Assembly (NCBI GenBank): GCA_022823825.1
Contig: JAJEHG010000012.1
Coordinates: 34,732 to 98,731 of the forward strand
From: Nitrosopumilaceae archaeon
GTDB lineage: Archaea; Thermoproteota; Nitrososphaeria; Nitrososphaerales; Nitrosopumilaceae
DNA: 64,000 nucleotides
Reading direction: 5' to 3'
The position numbers were made by a program, and so were the translations under genes. Below are positions 28,161 to 38,513 of this stretch, piece after piece. The notes beneath the pieces were generated by a model. That model did not search any database. It saw nothing but the letters and a program-made list of their open reading frames with translations, and was not told where the DNA came from. Each line of letters opens with the position of its first letter. Positions within the stretch are counted from its first letter, which is position 1.

Positions 28161-29507
28161 TCATCTGAGCCTGACGTACTCGTAGGCCCCGCGCCGCGCC
28201 CCGTCAGGGAAGCAGAACTTTACGGTCTGGTAGCCCCTCCTGAGAGCCCTCGCCTTCCTGAGTATGCCCTTGGGATCCTTCCTGCTGATTACCACCTGCC
28301 GTATCAGGGACGCAATCTCGGCCATCTCGGCCTCCTTCATGCCGAGCCTCGTCACCTCCGAGACGCCCAGCCTTATGCCCCCCGGACGGAAGTAGTTGCG
28401 CTTTGCCTTGATGTCTCCGGGTATGAGCTGCCTGTTCACTATAATGTTGGCCTTCTCCAAGTCGGCCTCGACCTGCCCGCCGTCCGAGTACTTTAGGACG
28501 TCGAGCGCGATCTGGTGCGACTTGGTAAAGCCCCTAGACTCACCCAGCACCCTGAACCCCTCGGCGCTCAGTGCCTCTGCCAGAACCTTTGCATTCCTTA
28601 TCACCTGGGCGGCGTACTTTTTGCCGAACTCTAGGGCCTCGGCAAACGCCACGGCCTTGCCCGCCATGTTGTTGATGTGGTGGCTGCTTGTCAGGCCCGG
28701 GAACACCGCCTTCTTTATCGCCTCCTCGTGCTCCGCGGCGCCCAGCACGAGGCCGCCCTGGGGACCGAACAGGGTCTTGTGCGTGCTCATCGTCATGGTG
28801 TCCGCCCCCTCCCTGAGGGGGTCCTGGAACTTGGAGCCGGCGATGAGCCCGGCCACGTGGGCCGCGTCATAGTTTACGTGCATGCCGTACCCCTTTAGAA
28901 AGTCCGCCAGCTCCTTTACGGGGTGCGGAAACAGAAAGAGCGAGCCGCCAAACATTGCTATCTTGGGCCTGCCGCCTCCCTTCGCGGCCCTCTTCGAGGC
29001 GAGCTTCCTGACGCGGCTCTTGGTCTCGTCCACGTCTATAGTCATCTCCTGCGCGTCAAACGGGTAGAACTCGATCTCAAGCCCGTGCACCAGTCCCGCC
29101 GTGCCGGAGTGATCCCTCTTGCCGTGCGAGATGTGCCCGCCCGCCGGTATCGAGGGCGCAAGCATGGTGTCTCCGGGATCCGAGAATGCGGAATACACGG
29201 CCAGGTTTGCGACCACGCCCGATATGGGGCGCACGTCTGCAAACTTGGCCCTGAACAGTTTCCTTGCAAGGCCCATGCACTGCACCTCGACCTCGTCTAT
29301 CTTGGTGCATCCGGCATAGACCCGCTCGCCGGGCCAGCCCTCCGCATAGCGGTTTCCAAAGTCTGATGCGATCGCCTCCCGGACGGCCGGGCTCGGGATG
29401 TTCTCGCTTGCTATGAGCGGAATCGACTCGGCAAACCACTTGTGGTGCTCCTTCAGCCTTGCAAATATCGTGTCGTACGAGTCCCGGTTTCTGGATTTGC
29501 CTGCCAT
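28161..29507 (-). CDS. glyA: Serine hydroxymethyltransferase
   Basis: LIASEN, RYAEG.PG.R.YAG, GGHISHG, STHKTLFGPQGG, GIRLG. Confidence 0.96.
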   Translation of the reverse strand: MAGKSRNRDSYDTIFARLKEHHKWFAESIPLIASENIPSPAVREAIASDFGNRYAEGWPGERVYAGCTKIDEVEVQCMGLARKLFRAKFADVRPISGVVANLAVYSAFSDPGDTMLAPSIPAGGHISHGKRDHSGTAGLVHGLEIEFYPFDAQEMTIDVDETKSRVRKLASKRAAKGGGRPKIAMFGGSLFLFPHPVKELADFLKGYGMHVNYDAAHVAGLIAGSKFQDPLREGADTMTMSTHKTLFGPQGGLVLGAAEHEEAIKKAVFPGLTSSHHINNMAGKAVAFAEALEFGKKYAAQVIRNAKVLAEALSAEGFRVLGESRGFTKSHQIALDVLKYSDGGQVEADLEKANIIVNRQLIPGDIKAKRNYFRPGGIRLGVSEVTRLGMKEAEMAEIASLIRQVVISRKDPKGILRKARALRRGYQTVKFCFPDGARRGAYEYVRLR

Positions 29508-29618
29508 GCGGCGATGCTCACGCGTCCCAATTTAAAAACAGCGCTGGCCGGGTTGGGGGGGGGTGGAGAACCGGGGGCGCCGTGACGCCGACCCTTCGGT
29601 ACTGCGCAAACAGCGATG

Positions 29619-31034
29619 CTAGTTCACCGTCACCGCAATCTGTGACGGCGGCGACAGCGCGCTGGGGCTTACAAACGACTCCCACACGAACGCCGTGACA
29701 TCGTACAGGCCCGCCGCCTCCGGCATCCACGATGTGGAGACGCTCAGGGATTGTCCGGCCTCTATGTGCCCCGTCACCCATGACAAGGAGGAGACCGTGC
29801 CGCCCTCGGCATCCTTGACCACTATGATATACACGAACTGCTGCTTTCTCTCCTGCTGGTTTGTCAGCTTTGTCGATACTTGCACCTGCTGGCCCTCCGA
29901 TATGGAGCTGCCCATGTCTGCGTTGAACCCGTCCGTAATCCTCAGTTCGGACGCCCTTACCCTGTCTAGCGGCGCCACCAAGGCCCCTATCTGCGACACG
30001 GCCGTGACCGACTGCTCGTCTGCCTCACTGTACGGGTCTGGCAGCGTGTTGTCCTTGTAGCTTGCAGTCACAACGTCGCCCTCTGCCACCTTTAGCCGGT
30101 GCCCGGAGGACCGGTCGTCGGCGGTAAACGTTACGGCGCCCTCAAAGATCCCAGACGACTCAGACGTTTCGGTTACAACGAGCGAGATGCCTCCCGCATC
30201 AGAGCCTGACCACACGTCGACCTCAAAGCTGTTGATCGCGTTCGGATTTAGGTTCATGTCGGGATCAATCACTCTGACCGCCCCGGTCCCGGACGCCGGG
30301 TATGACGGCTCGGACCACTCTATCTGCCCCACATTCCACCTTATCGGGGCGGTGCCCACCACGGTGTGGCCGTCGGTATACTCGAAGGATACCGTAATTG
30401 CGTCGTCGCTTCCGGCCTTGATGTGGCCGCCGGCCGGCCCGCTGCCGCCGGTATTCCGCTGCGGGTTGTCAAATCCGCCGCCGTCCGTGCCCGTCCGGGA
30501 ATCCCCGTCCGCGTCGTGGTCAAAGCCGATCAGAGTGACCTCTCCGGTGAATATGCCGGTGTTCGGACCCGTTTCGGCCAGCCTGTACCTTTCAAGCGTG
30601 CCCTCCCTGGTGGAGATCTTTATCGGGTCGTACTCTGTCTCGCCTATGGAATCCACGGCCCTCGAGTCAAAGTTGTGGTCGGGCGCCACTATGGTTATGC
30701 GGACCGTGTCTGTCCAGCTGAACACCTTTTTTCCAAACGAGACAAAGCCGCTATACTCGCCGTCGTGTGTGGCCGCAGCGGCGTACTGCGTGTGGGTGCC
30801 ATGGCCGTGCCCGGCCGGGGCCTGCAGGTACTGCCCCGCGTTCCGGTCCGCGTCTGGCGTTCCGGAGGGCAGGGACGGCGCCAGTAGAAGAAGCAGGCCC
30901 GTCGCCACTGACGCGACAAGGAACAGGGCCGCAGCCCTAGGGCCACCGCGGCGCTCTTGCCGCCACCGCCACCCCAGTCCTGTGCCGCCGCGCAAGAACC
31001 CCTCTGGCATGACATACCATCTATTACTAATCAA
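29619..31034 (-). CDS. Secreted S-layer-related protein
   Basis: Signal peptide; repeated ITIVAPD.N / VIDPD.N...ETG..TGIF.G.V modules; C-terminal SQS/TSW.P..G.Y....FVW. Confidence 0.75.
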   Translation of the reverse strand: MISNRWYVMPEGFLRGGTGLGWRWRQERRGGPRAAALFLVASVATGLLLLLAPSLPSGTPDADRNAGQYLQAPAGHGHGTHTQYAAAATHDGEYSGFVSFGKKVFSWTDTVRITIVAPDHNFDSRAVDSIGETEYDPIKISTREGTLERYRLAETGPNTGIFTGEVTLIGFDHDADGDSRTGTDGGGFDNPQRNTGGSGPAGGHIKAGSDDAITVSFEYTDGHTVVGTAPIRWNVGQIEWSEPSYPASGTGAVRVIDPDMNLNPNAINSFEVDVWSGSDAGGISLVVTETSESSGIFEGAVTFTADDRSSGHRLKVAEGDVVTASYKDNTLPDPYSEADEQSVTAVSQIGALVAPLDRVRASELRITDGFNADMGSSISEGQQVQVSTKLTNQQERKQQFVYIIVVKDAEGGTVSSLSWVTGHIEAGQSLSVSTSWMPEAAGLYDVTAFVWESFVSPSALSPPSQIAVTVN

Positions 31035-31061
31035 ATAACCCTTTCATTGCGCGCGGGGCCG

Positions 31062-31355
31062 TCACAACAAGAGCTGCAGCACGTCCGCGAACCACTCGGC
31101 AATGCCCGAAACCATGGACGAAAACCATACTTCCAAAGTCAGCGTCTCCGTCTGTATCCCCGTCACGCCCGTTGCGACGTCGGTCTGGTTCTCCCTGCAC
31201 TTTGCAATCTCGGCCGCGTAATTCTGCTCGACGCCTGCCGCCTCCATGCTGTCCACCCCCATCTCGCACTCGTTCCTGGTCTCCACGTACCCTTCAGGGG
31301 TCGGCATGCAGATGTCTCCGATCAGGCTGTATCCTTCCCCGCACGGAGACGCCAT
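31062..31355 (-). CDS. Hypothetical 97-aa protein
   Basis: Fills the intergenic gap; TTAA box upstream; acidic, four Cys, hydrophobic C-terminus. Confidence 0.4.
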   Translation of the reverse strand: MASPCGEGYSLIGDICMPTPEGYVETRNECEMGVDSMEAAGVEQNYAAEIAKCRENQTDVATGVTGIQTETLTLEVWFSSMVSGIAEWFADVLQLLL

Positions 31356-31484
31356 GCCTTCTTATCCGCGCGTCTGTTCTTAACTCTGCCGCCTAGGTTT
31401 GTTATGACAACCTGACCCAGGTCACCAGCCCTTGACGGTTCCGATTCCCGAAAATTCATATACAATCCGGGGCGAGCGCGGGGC

Positions 31485-31694
31485 ATGGCGTCCAAGGAGA
31501 TTACGGTGGGCGTGGGCATCCCCATGATTGTGGTGGGCGCGCTCATGGCCTTTCTGTGGGCGCCGTTAGAGGCGGCGGCCGCAGCAGACGGCTACCGGCC
31601 GCAGATCGAGATGGTGGGCAGCACCATAGGGATACTCGGAATCGCCTTTTTCATCGCGGGGCTCTTCTACACAAAGGAACCCGTCATGCACTGA
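31485..31694 (+). CDS. Small two-TM membrane protein
   Basis: Two hydrophobic helices; TATA-like ATATA upstream. Confidence 0.7.
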   Translation: MASKEITVGVGIPMIVVGALMAFLWAPLEAAAAADGYRPQIEMVGSTIGILGIAFFIAGLFYTKEPVMH

Positions 31695-31729
31695 CTGAAA
31701 TAAATAATCACCAGTGCTAACACCGTTGC

Positions 31730-32482
31730 TTGAAGGTCAGACTATCTGAGATATTTACGTCAGTCGAGGGCGAGGGCATCCTGTACGGCACCAAGACCCT
31801 CTTCGTGCGGCTGGCCGGATGCCCGTTTACGTGCTTTTACTGCGACACGCCAGAGTCCCTCCCGCTCGACTCTGGGACCGAGTACTCCGTTGAGGAGGCC
31901 GCCGGGCTGATCGACGACTCGCTGCAGGACCACACGTACAAGGTCAACTTTACCGGGGGCGACCCGCTCATGCAGCACGAGGCCGTTGCGCTGCTTGCAG
32001 GACACGTGCATACGCACGCGCGCGGGGTGCTGACGTATCTGGAGTCGTCGTGCTTTGATGCGGAGCGCTTTGCGCACGTGCTGCCGCACATCGACGTTGC
32101 AAAGATCGAGTTCAAGACGAGCGACTCTGAGTTTGTCGATGCCGCACACCATGACAGGATGACGGGGCAGGCCCTCCGCTGCCTGGAACTGGCCGCGGCC
32201 GCAGGCAAGACCACGTACGTCAAGGTCGTGGCCAGCTCGGAGACATCAGTCGGGGAGGTCCGGGACCTGGCCGTCGCAGTATCCGACGCGGCGCGTAAGA
32301 GCGACAGTGACGGGAATGCTGCCACCGACGCTATCTCCGTGTCCGGATTCGTCATACAGCCCGTATACGGAAAGGGCGAGCCGCCACTTGAGCTTCTGCT
32401 GGCAATGTATGACGCGATCAGGCCCGTATACGCGGACGTGCGCGTGGTTCCCCAGCTTCACAAGCTGATCGGGGCCCCCTGA
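31730..32482 (+). CDS. queE: 7-carboxy-7-deazaguanine synthase (radical SAM)
   Basis: EIFTSVEGEG, FVRLAGCPFTCFYCDT, FTGGDP, VVPQLHK. Confidence 0.93.
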   Translation: MKVRLSEIFTSVEGEGILYGTKTLFVRLAGCPFTCFYCDTPESLPLDSGTEYSVEEAAGLIDDSLQDHTYKVNFTGGDPLMQHEAVALLAGHVHTHARGVLTYLESSCFDAERFAHVLPHIDVAKIEFKTSDSEFVDAAHHDRMTGQALRCLELAAAAGKTTYVKVVASSETSVGEVRDLAVAVSDAARKSDSDGNAATDAISVSGFVIQPVYGKGEPPLELLLAMYDAIRPVYADVRVVPQLHKLIGAP

Positions 32483-32547
32483 GGCGGCAGCAGGCTGCAA
32501 ATTAACTACATATACACCCACATCCGTGCCAGATCAGGCTGCAGAGA

Positions 32548-33108
32548 ATGGACGAGGATCGCATAAAGAGACTGATCAGGGAGCTCATCATAGAACTCGG
32601 CGAGGATCCCACGCGGGAGGGCCTGCGCGAGACGCCGGCAAGGATAGCCAGCATGTACGGGGAGATATTCGGCGGGTACGAGTCGGACTCGGAGCTCTCC
32701 GTGCAGTTCTCAGAGGACTCTGACACGGTGGTGGCCTGCGACATACAGTTCTACTCGATGTGCGAGCACCACATGCTTCCGTTTTACGGCAAGATACACA
32801 TAGCCTACTCGCCAGACGGCAGGGTCTTTGGCATCTCAAAGCTCGTCAGGCTCGTCGAAAAGTACTCCAAGAGGCTCCAGATACAGGAGCGCCTGACCAA
32901 GAACATCGCCGACGAGCTGTACTCCCAGGGGGTCCGCGGCGTCGCCGTCGTGGTCGACGCGGAGCACCTGTGCATGAAGATGCGCGGCGTCCGGAACGAC
33001 GCGCTGTTGACGTCGTCGGCGTTCCGCGGCATATACGCGGCAAAGGGCGAGAGGGAGGGGGTAATAACCCTCATACGCAGAAAGGCGCCAGAGCGGCCGC
33101 AGGTCTGA
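32548..33108 (+). CDS. folE: GTP cyclohydrolase I
   Basis: REGLRETPAR, SMCEHHMLPF, RLQIQERLT, AEHLCM.MRG. Confidence 0.96.
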   Translation: MDEDRIKRLIRELIIELGEDPTREGLRETPARIASMYGEIFGGYESDSELSVQFSEDSDTVVACDIQFYSMCEHHMLPFYGKIHIAYSPDGRVFGISKLVRLVEKYSKRLQIQERLTKNIADELYSQGVRGVAVVVDAEHLCMKMRGVRNDALLTSSAFRGIYAAKGEREGVITLIRRKAPERPQV

Positions 33109-33213
33109 GCGCGCCGCGGCCCCAGCGCCGCTGGTGGCGAAAGTACGGCGGCTATGTAACGCTTTGCAAGACCCGATCATGTGTGACTTTTACCACAAGG
33201 CCGCCGGCCCGGC

Positions 33214-34197
33214 CTAGGCTGGGCCGGCCCGCGCAAGCTCGGACTCTACTCTCTTTTCGGCCGCCGCCGCGTACTTTTCGTTGATGTCAACTGACACAAA
33301 GTGCCTGTTTGTCCGTATGGCGGCCACTGCAGCCGTTCCGGATCCGCCGAACGGATCTAGCACGACGTCCCCCTCGAAAGTGTAGAGTTGTATGCATCGG
33401 CGCGGCAGCTCCACCGGGAACGGCGCCGGATGGTCCACCTTCCTTGCGCTCTCGGGGCCAAAACTCCACACGCTCTTCGTATATTCTAGGAACTCGTCCC
33501 TCGTTATCGTGCTTTTTCTCTTCTTGCCGCCGTCCATGCGCCTGTCAAACCTTCCCTTGGAGAATATCAGTATGTACTCGTGCGTGTCACGCAGGGTCGG
33601 GTTGCTTGCCGACATCCAGCTGCCCCACGCGGTGGACGCCCCGGCCCCCCTGCCCTTGTCCCAGATGACCTCGCCGCGCATGAGAAACTGGTTTTTTAGC
33701 ATCAGCGTTATGATGTGCGAGTGGAGCGGGACGTACGGCCTGCGCCCCACGTTTGCGATGTTGACGCACGCCCTTCCGCCCGGCACCAGCACCCTGTACG
33801 TCTCGGCAAACACGCGGTCAAGCATCCCGAGGTACTGGTCCATGTCCATGTCGGTGTCATAGTCCTTGCCCACGTTGTAGGGCGGGGACGTCACCATGAG
33901 GTGCACACTAGAGTCCGGAATTTTTGATAGGCTGGTGCTGTCGCCGCACATGACCGTGTCCCTGCACGCGCCAATGTCGTTTTCACGCACCGCTTGGGCG
34001 CCACCGTTGTCACCACCACCACCACCACCACCACCACCACCACCAGAGAACATCCTCCTTGCGTAAAATTCAGCGGAGTCGTGGTTTACCCTCTCCGTTC
34101 CGCCAAAGCTCCTCATCGCGGTCTTTCTTGGCGGGCGTCCCCTACCCTTCCTCCCCGTTGTTGCTGTAGTCCGCTGTCTGTCACTTGGCATGTCCAC
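33214..34197 (-). CDS. Orphan beta-class amino (N4C/N6A) DNA methyltransferase
   Basis: VTSPPYN before HPAPFP..LP and VLDPFGGSGT; no cognate endonuclease adjacent. Confidence 0.92.
   Translation of the reverse strand: MDMPSDRQRTTATTGRKGRGRPPRKTAMRSFGGTERVNHDSAEFYARRMFSGGGGGGGGGGGDNGGAQAVRENDIGACRDTVMCGDSTSLSKIPDSSVHLMVTSPPYNVGKDYDTDMDMDQYLGMLDRVFAETYRVLVPGGRACVNIANVGRRPYVPLHSHIITLMLKNQFLMRGEVIWDKGRGAGASTAWGSWMSASNPTLRDTHEYILIFSKGRFDRRMDGGKKRKSTITRDEFLEYTKSVWSFGPESARKVDHPAPFPVELPRRCIQLYTFEGDVVLDPFGGSGTAAVAAIRTNRHFVSVDINEKYAAAAEKRVESELARAGPA
34011..34045. repeat. (CAC)11 microsatellite encoding poly-Gly in the MTase
   Basis: Direct reading. Confidence 0.9.
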
Positions 34198-34332
34198 TGT
34201 CTCCGGCCATCATCCTGTCGTCCCGGGCCTTAATGTACTCTCTTCGCCGCACTCCCCGGGCCGCTGCCTGCTGGGGCATGTCCCCTCGCCTGCAAACTTA
34301 ATCATTAAATAATCAGGTCAGGGAGCACTCCC

Positions 34333-34584
34333 ATGACCCTGCCTCCCTCTGCGCACGTACCCCGCGAGTCGTGGCCGAACTGGATATGGTACGCGATTGA
34401 GTTTGGCATAGTGCTGGCGGCCTCCATGCTGGTGTCCCGCGAGATCACCAACTCCGTCGAGGAGCTGGCGCCCGACGTGCAGAACTACCTCTTCATGGGG
34501 ATAGTGGGCCTGATATTCTTGGCCTGGTATATCGGGATAAGGGGGTTCGTGCTCCGAAAGAAGATTCTGCGGAACACCTACTAG
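34333..34584 (+). CDS. Small two-TM membrane protein
   Basis: Two hydrophobic helices; AT-rich promoter upstream. Confidence 0.7.
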   Translation: MTLPPSAHVPRESWPNWIWYAIEFGIVLAASMLVSREITNSVEELAPDVQNYLFMGIVGLIFLAWYIGIRGFVLRKKILRNTY

Positions 34585-34616
34585 GAATGGCGCTGCCCGC
34601 CCCCCCGCATACTGAG

Positions 34617-35384
34617 TCAGCTGCCCTGGTACGCCGTCTTGTCCTCGATGCCGGCGTCCGCAAAGGCGCGCCTGCGGTTCATACAGGACTCGCACCTGCC
34701 GCACTGCCGCCTTCTGCCTGCATAGCAGCTCCACGTCTCGTATATGCGGTCCCCGAGCGCATCGGCCCCAAGCCTTACCAGTTCCCTCTTTCCAATCCCC
34801 GCCGAATACGGGGACCATATCTCTATTTCGCGCCGCATGCCCAGCCTTATTCCGTCCGACTCGCCGGCGTTGAACGCACCTTGGAGTCTCTTGGCAAACG
34901 GGGGCCTGCAGTCCGGATAGTGCGCGTCGCCGGTATGGGCTCCGTACGCGACGCGCGTCGCCCCGATTGAGAATGCCCACGCGGACGCGATCGAGAGGAA
35001 GACTGCGTTTCTGATCGGCACCACGATGGAGTACTCGAAGGAGCCCGGCAGCTCGTTCTTTGAGCTTGTCAGGACGTTCGAGTCGCCGTACAGCCCCCTC
35101 ATAAAGCCGATGTCGACCACCCTGTGCCGCTTCAGCCGCAGCCTCCTTGCCAGCCTCTTGGCCGCGTCCAGCTCGGGGCCCGCCCTCTGGCCGTACGAGA
35201 ACGTTATGCCGTACACCTCGTCGTACTCGGCCGCCTGCATCGAGGCCACGCACGTCGAGTCTATCCCGCCGCTGAACACCACGACCGCCCTTCTTGGCAG
35301 GCGGCCTCCCGTGCCGCCACCGCCATCCTTCCGGGCACCCGCGCCTCTCTTCCTAGTCTTTACGCGCACCGCCATCACTGCCAC
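34617..35384 (-). CDS. queC: 7-cyano-7-deazaguanine synthase
   Basis: FSGGIDS, YGQR, VPIRNAVFL, YPDCRP, TWSCY...CGRCESC. Confidence 0.95.
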   Translation of the reverse strand: MAVMAVRVKTRKRGAGARKDGGGGTGGRLPRRAVVVFSGGIDSTCVASMQAAEYDEVYGITFSYGQRAGPELDAAKRLARRLRLKRHRVVDIGFMRGLYGDSNVLTSSKNELPGSFEYSIVVPIRNAVFLSIASAWAFSIGATRVAYGAHTGDAHYPDCRPPFAKRLQGAFNAGESDGIRLGMRREIEIWSPYSAGIGKRELVRLGADALGDRIYETWSCYAGRRRQCGRCESCMNRRRAFADAGIEDKTAYQGS

Positions 35385-36443
35385 CTAGGACACTATCCTT
35401 GCCCCACCCGCGGGCCTGCAGACCACTGTCCTGCACGGGACACCCGCGGACCTGAATCCGGCCGACATCGCGGCCGTTATCCTCTGCCGCGTCTTGGGCG
35501 CGCCCGTAGTTATCGATATGACGGAGGGGCCCGCCCCGCTTATCATCACCTCCTTTGCGCCCGCCCCGAGCGCAGCCTCCTTGACGCGGTCAAAGCCCGG
35601 TATCATGTGCTTTCTTGCCGGCTCTGCTATCGCGTCGGCCGTGATCCCGGAGCCGAGCATGCTGTTGTCCCCCGTCGCCAGGGACGCAGCAAGCAGCGCC
35701 GCGTTTGCCGTGTTGCTTGCGCTGTCCCCGAGCGGCACCTTTCTGGGAAGCACGCCCCTTGAGACGGCCGTCTTTTTGTCCGGGACCTTTATCGTAGGGA
35801 TCGCCACGCAAAACCGCAGCCTCGGGGACGGTCTGAATCCGGCCAGTGCCATGGGACTGCCGGGCCTGACCACTACAAACCCGCCCATGACCGAGGCCGC
35901 CACGTTGTCGTAGTGTACGGTGCCCGCGCTAGCCCTCTCGCCCTCGCCGGCCGCTGACACGAGCTCGGCCGGGGCCAAACCCAGGCCGAACAGGCTGTCG
36001 CACGCGACCGCGGCCGCCGCAGCCGATGCCGCGCTGCTCCCGAGCCCCAGTCCCGTGGGGACGCCCTTCCTGATTGCTATCGTGATGTCGTCGGTAATGT
36101 CGTGACTTTTGAGCATGTGCCTTGCCACCAGCCCCGCCGTGTTCGAGTCGGGGTCTGTAGGCGGCAGGGGCGCGGCCCTGCCTGCAGGCCCCCTTCCGGG
36201 GCCCGTGCTTGTAATGGATATCCTGCCAGCCCCCGAGTTCTGTCCCGCTATGGACACCGAGACCTCGTCGTAAAACGCGTCAAGCGCAAGTCCGAACGCG
36301 TCAAAGCCGGGGCCCAGGTTTGCCGAGCTGCAGTACGCCCTCGCCTTCCTCCGCGTCCTCTTCGCGGCGCGCGTGGCCCTTGCGGTGGCACCCACACCGT
36401 TCACCCCGCCGCCGCCCCGTCGCGTGTAGGAGGCCGTGACCAT
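35385..36443 (-). CDS. thrB: Homoserine kinase
   Basis: SSANLGPGFD, PTGLGLGSSAASA, HYDNVA, ISGAGPS. Confidence 0.94.
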   Translation of the reverse strand: MVTASYTRRGGGGVNGVGATARATRAAKRTRRKARAYCSSANLGPGFDAFGLALDAFYDEVSVSIAGQNSGAGRISITSTGPGRGPAGRAAPLPPTDPDSNTAGLVARHMLKSHDITDDITIAIRKGVPTGLGLGSSAASAAAAAVACDSLFGLGLAPAELVSAAGEGERASAGTVHYDNVAASVMGGFVVVRPGSPMALAGFRPSPRLRFCVAIPTIKVPDKKTAVSRGVLPRKVPLGDSASNTANAALLAASLATGDNSMLGSGITADAIAEPARKHMIPGFDRVKEAALGAGAKEVMISGAGPSVISITTGAPKTRQRITAAMSAGFRSAGVPCRTVVCRPAGGARIVS

Positions 36444-36473
36444 GCCGCTGCTACCGCTGCTGCTGCTGCCATG

Positions 36474-37232
36474 TCAGTCCTCCACCTCCTCTCCTCTGTT
36501 AAGTATTCTGCTGAGCGCCCCCTCCAGGGTTACCAGCCCGTCGCCGGTCACGTTTGAGACCGGGACGAGCCCCTGCGCAAATCCGCCTATGTTGAGCCCG
36601 CGCAGTATGCTGCTGGTAAGCGTGTACGTCTCGCCGTCGGACTCGGCCGCGACCGCGTTCTCAAGCGAGCTGAGGCTGGAGGACCACCCGAGTATCTCCT
36701 TGATCTTTGGGCCTATCAGGTCCGTCTTCGTGACCGCGTTTATGGTGGGCAGTCCGAGCCGCAGCCTTATGGAGGTGGAGAGCAGGGCTATTGACACAAA
36801 GTTGACCGGCGTGGTGATCAGGGCGCCGTCAAACAGGAAGATGCTGGTCTTCTCCCCCGCCGATATGTTGTCGACCACGTACCCCCCGCTTGAGCGGTAC
36901 GCGAACAACTCGACTTGGCCCGGCGTGTCCACTATGAGATAGTCCGGGTTTACGTCGTCGACCTCCGCCTGTATCTCGTCTATCTTGGAGGCTATCAGGT
37001 CGCTTGCCATTATCAGCGAGCCGTTGGGGCCCAGGTCGTACTGCCGCATTATTGACACCAGGTCGACGTGGTCCCTGACGTCGATGTCGCACGCGTAAGG
37101 CAGGCTCTCGACGCCCGCATCCAGGTTCAGAATGGCCGCAAACGCGCCATTTCTCGTATAGTATTCGTGCAGCTTTGCGGTGAGGAGGGACTTGCCGCTT
37201 CCGGCGGTCCCGGATATAAAGATGGATTTCAA
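36474..37232 (-). CDS. GPN-loop GTPase
   Basis: GTAGSGKS, LGPNG, DTPGQVELF, TKTD. Confidence 0.92.
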   Translation of the reverse strand: MKSIFISGTAGSGKSLLTAKLHEYYTRNGAFAAILNLDAGVESLPYACDIDVRDHVDLVSIMRQYDLGPNGSLIMASDLIASKIDEIQAEVDDVNPDYLIVDTPGQVELFAYRSSGGYVVDNISAGEKTSIFLFDGALITTPVNFVSIALLSTSIRLRLGLPTINAVTKTDLIGPKIKEILGWSSSLSSLENAVAAESDGETYTLTSSILRGLNIGGFAQGLVPVSNVTGDGLVTLEGALSRILNRGEEVED

Positions 37233-37365
37233 CTGGACGGCCGTGCCCGCCGCCCTTTATTCAAAGCTTGCAGGACTGCCGGCCGTGCCCGCCGACCCAT
37301 CCCGTGCCGCGTCCGTGCCTGCGTAATAATTTAGTTCATATTTTCCATTTCTGGGGTTTTTTGCA

Positions 37366-38421
37366 ATGAACTGGAGGCTGGCAGTGGTGCCCGTTACGCT
37401 CATACCCATCGTCATCATAGCCGTCCAGTTCGACATAGAGCTGGGGGACGTCCTTGCGATAGGGATAGTGCCGTTTGTGGGGGCGGTGGCGGCCATGATG
37501 GTAAAGCTCGGGCTGCAGGGAATAAAGTTCGCGTACATCACGCGCAGATACCTTGCGGGATTTGACTCCGTGCTGAAGCTGACCGGCGTCAGGGTCGGCT
37601 CCGAGTTCATAAAGTTCACCACCCCGATGTTCGTGGGCGCCGAGTTCATCGTAATATACTACCTGCACAAAAAGGGCGTAAAGCCCTCAAAGTCGACTTG
37701 GATTGCCATAATGGACATAGTAACGGAGGTGCTGGCGGGGGGACTGCTCTCCATCGCGGCCGGCATCATAGCGCTCGCAAGCGGGGCGTACCTGGTGGCG
37801 GCCGTCGTGCTTGGCACCAGCATATTCGTGACCACGCTGTGGATGGTGCTGTTTCTGCTCTCCTCCAAGCGCACGTTCCAGGTGCCGCGCGTCCTGGCAT
37901 CGCTCTCGGTCCGGCTCGGCAAGGAAAAGGCGGCCAAGTACGTCAAGGAGACCAACACCTGGATGGAGGAGATCTGCAGCATGAGCAGGAAGCACCTCAG
38001 GACACCGGAGGCAAAGAAGGTGTTCGTCGTGTCGTTTCTGATCTCGCTTGCGTCGTGGTCGTTTTACGGCATATCCTTCATGATAATAGCGCTGGGGCCA
38101 GGCTATGTAATCGGGGCGTTCGAGTCGATAATGGCCGTGATGGCGGCAAACGCGATAGGAAACCTGCCGATTACGGTGGGCGGCTCCGGCTTGGCCGAGT
38201 TTGGGATAGTGGCGTACCTGTACGACCTGGATCCGTTCAACCTGCAGGCGGGCGCCGGGACGGACACCCCGGCGTGGGACGCGGTCATCGGGTGGCGCAT
38301 TGCCACGTACTACGTGCCGATCGTGATAACCTGGCTGTTGCTAGTCAAGCTGGCGCTCAGCCGCGTGTCCCGCAGCCAGCAGGCGGCCGCAGGCGGCCGC
38401 GACGACAGCAATAGCAGCTAG
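37366..38421 (+). CDS. UPF0104/flippase-like membrane protein
   Basis: Multi-TM; TP...G.E, PITVGGSGLAE, WRIATYY. Confidence 0.85.
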   Translation: MNWRLAVVPVTLIPIVIIAVQFDIELGDVLAIGIVPFVGAVAAMMVKLGLQGIKFAYITRRYLAGFDSVLKLTGVRVGSEFIKFTTPMFVGAEFIVIYYLHKKGVKPSKSTWIAIMDIVTEVLAGGLLSIAAGIIALASGAYLVAAVVLGTSIFVTTLWMVLFLLSSKRTFQVPRVLASLSVRLGKEKAAKYVKETNTWMEEICSMSRKHLRTPEAKKVFVVSFLISLASWSFYGISFMIIALGPGYVIGAFESIMAVMAANAIGNLPITVGGSGLAEFGIVAYLYDLDPFNLQAGAGTDTPAWDAVIGWRIATYYVPIVITWLLLVKLALSRVSRSQQAAAGGRDDSNSS

Positions 38422-38513
38422 GGCGTACCAGTCTGCCTGCCGCGCGGCGGGCCCGCGGCGCTGCTGCTGCTGCCGGAGAATCACTTTAATTGAAAATGAC
38501 GCGACGTTACGCA

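Noticed and set aside
31730..35384. queE-folE-MTase-queC as a dpd-type 7-deazaguanine DNA modification system
   Set aside because: No DpdA/TGT-like or other dpd genes nearby. preQ0 genes are expected for archaeosine tRNA modification.
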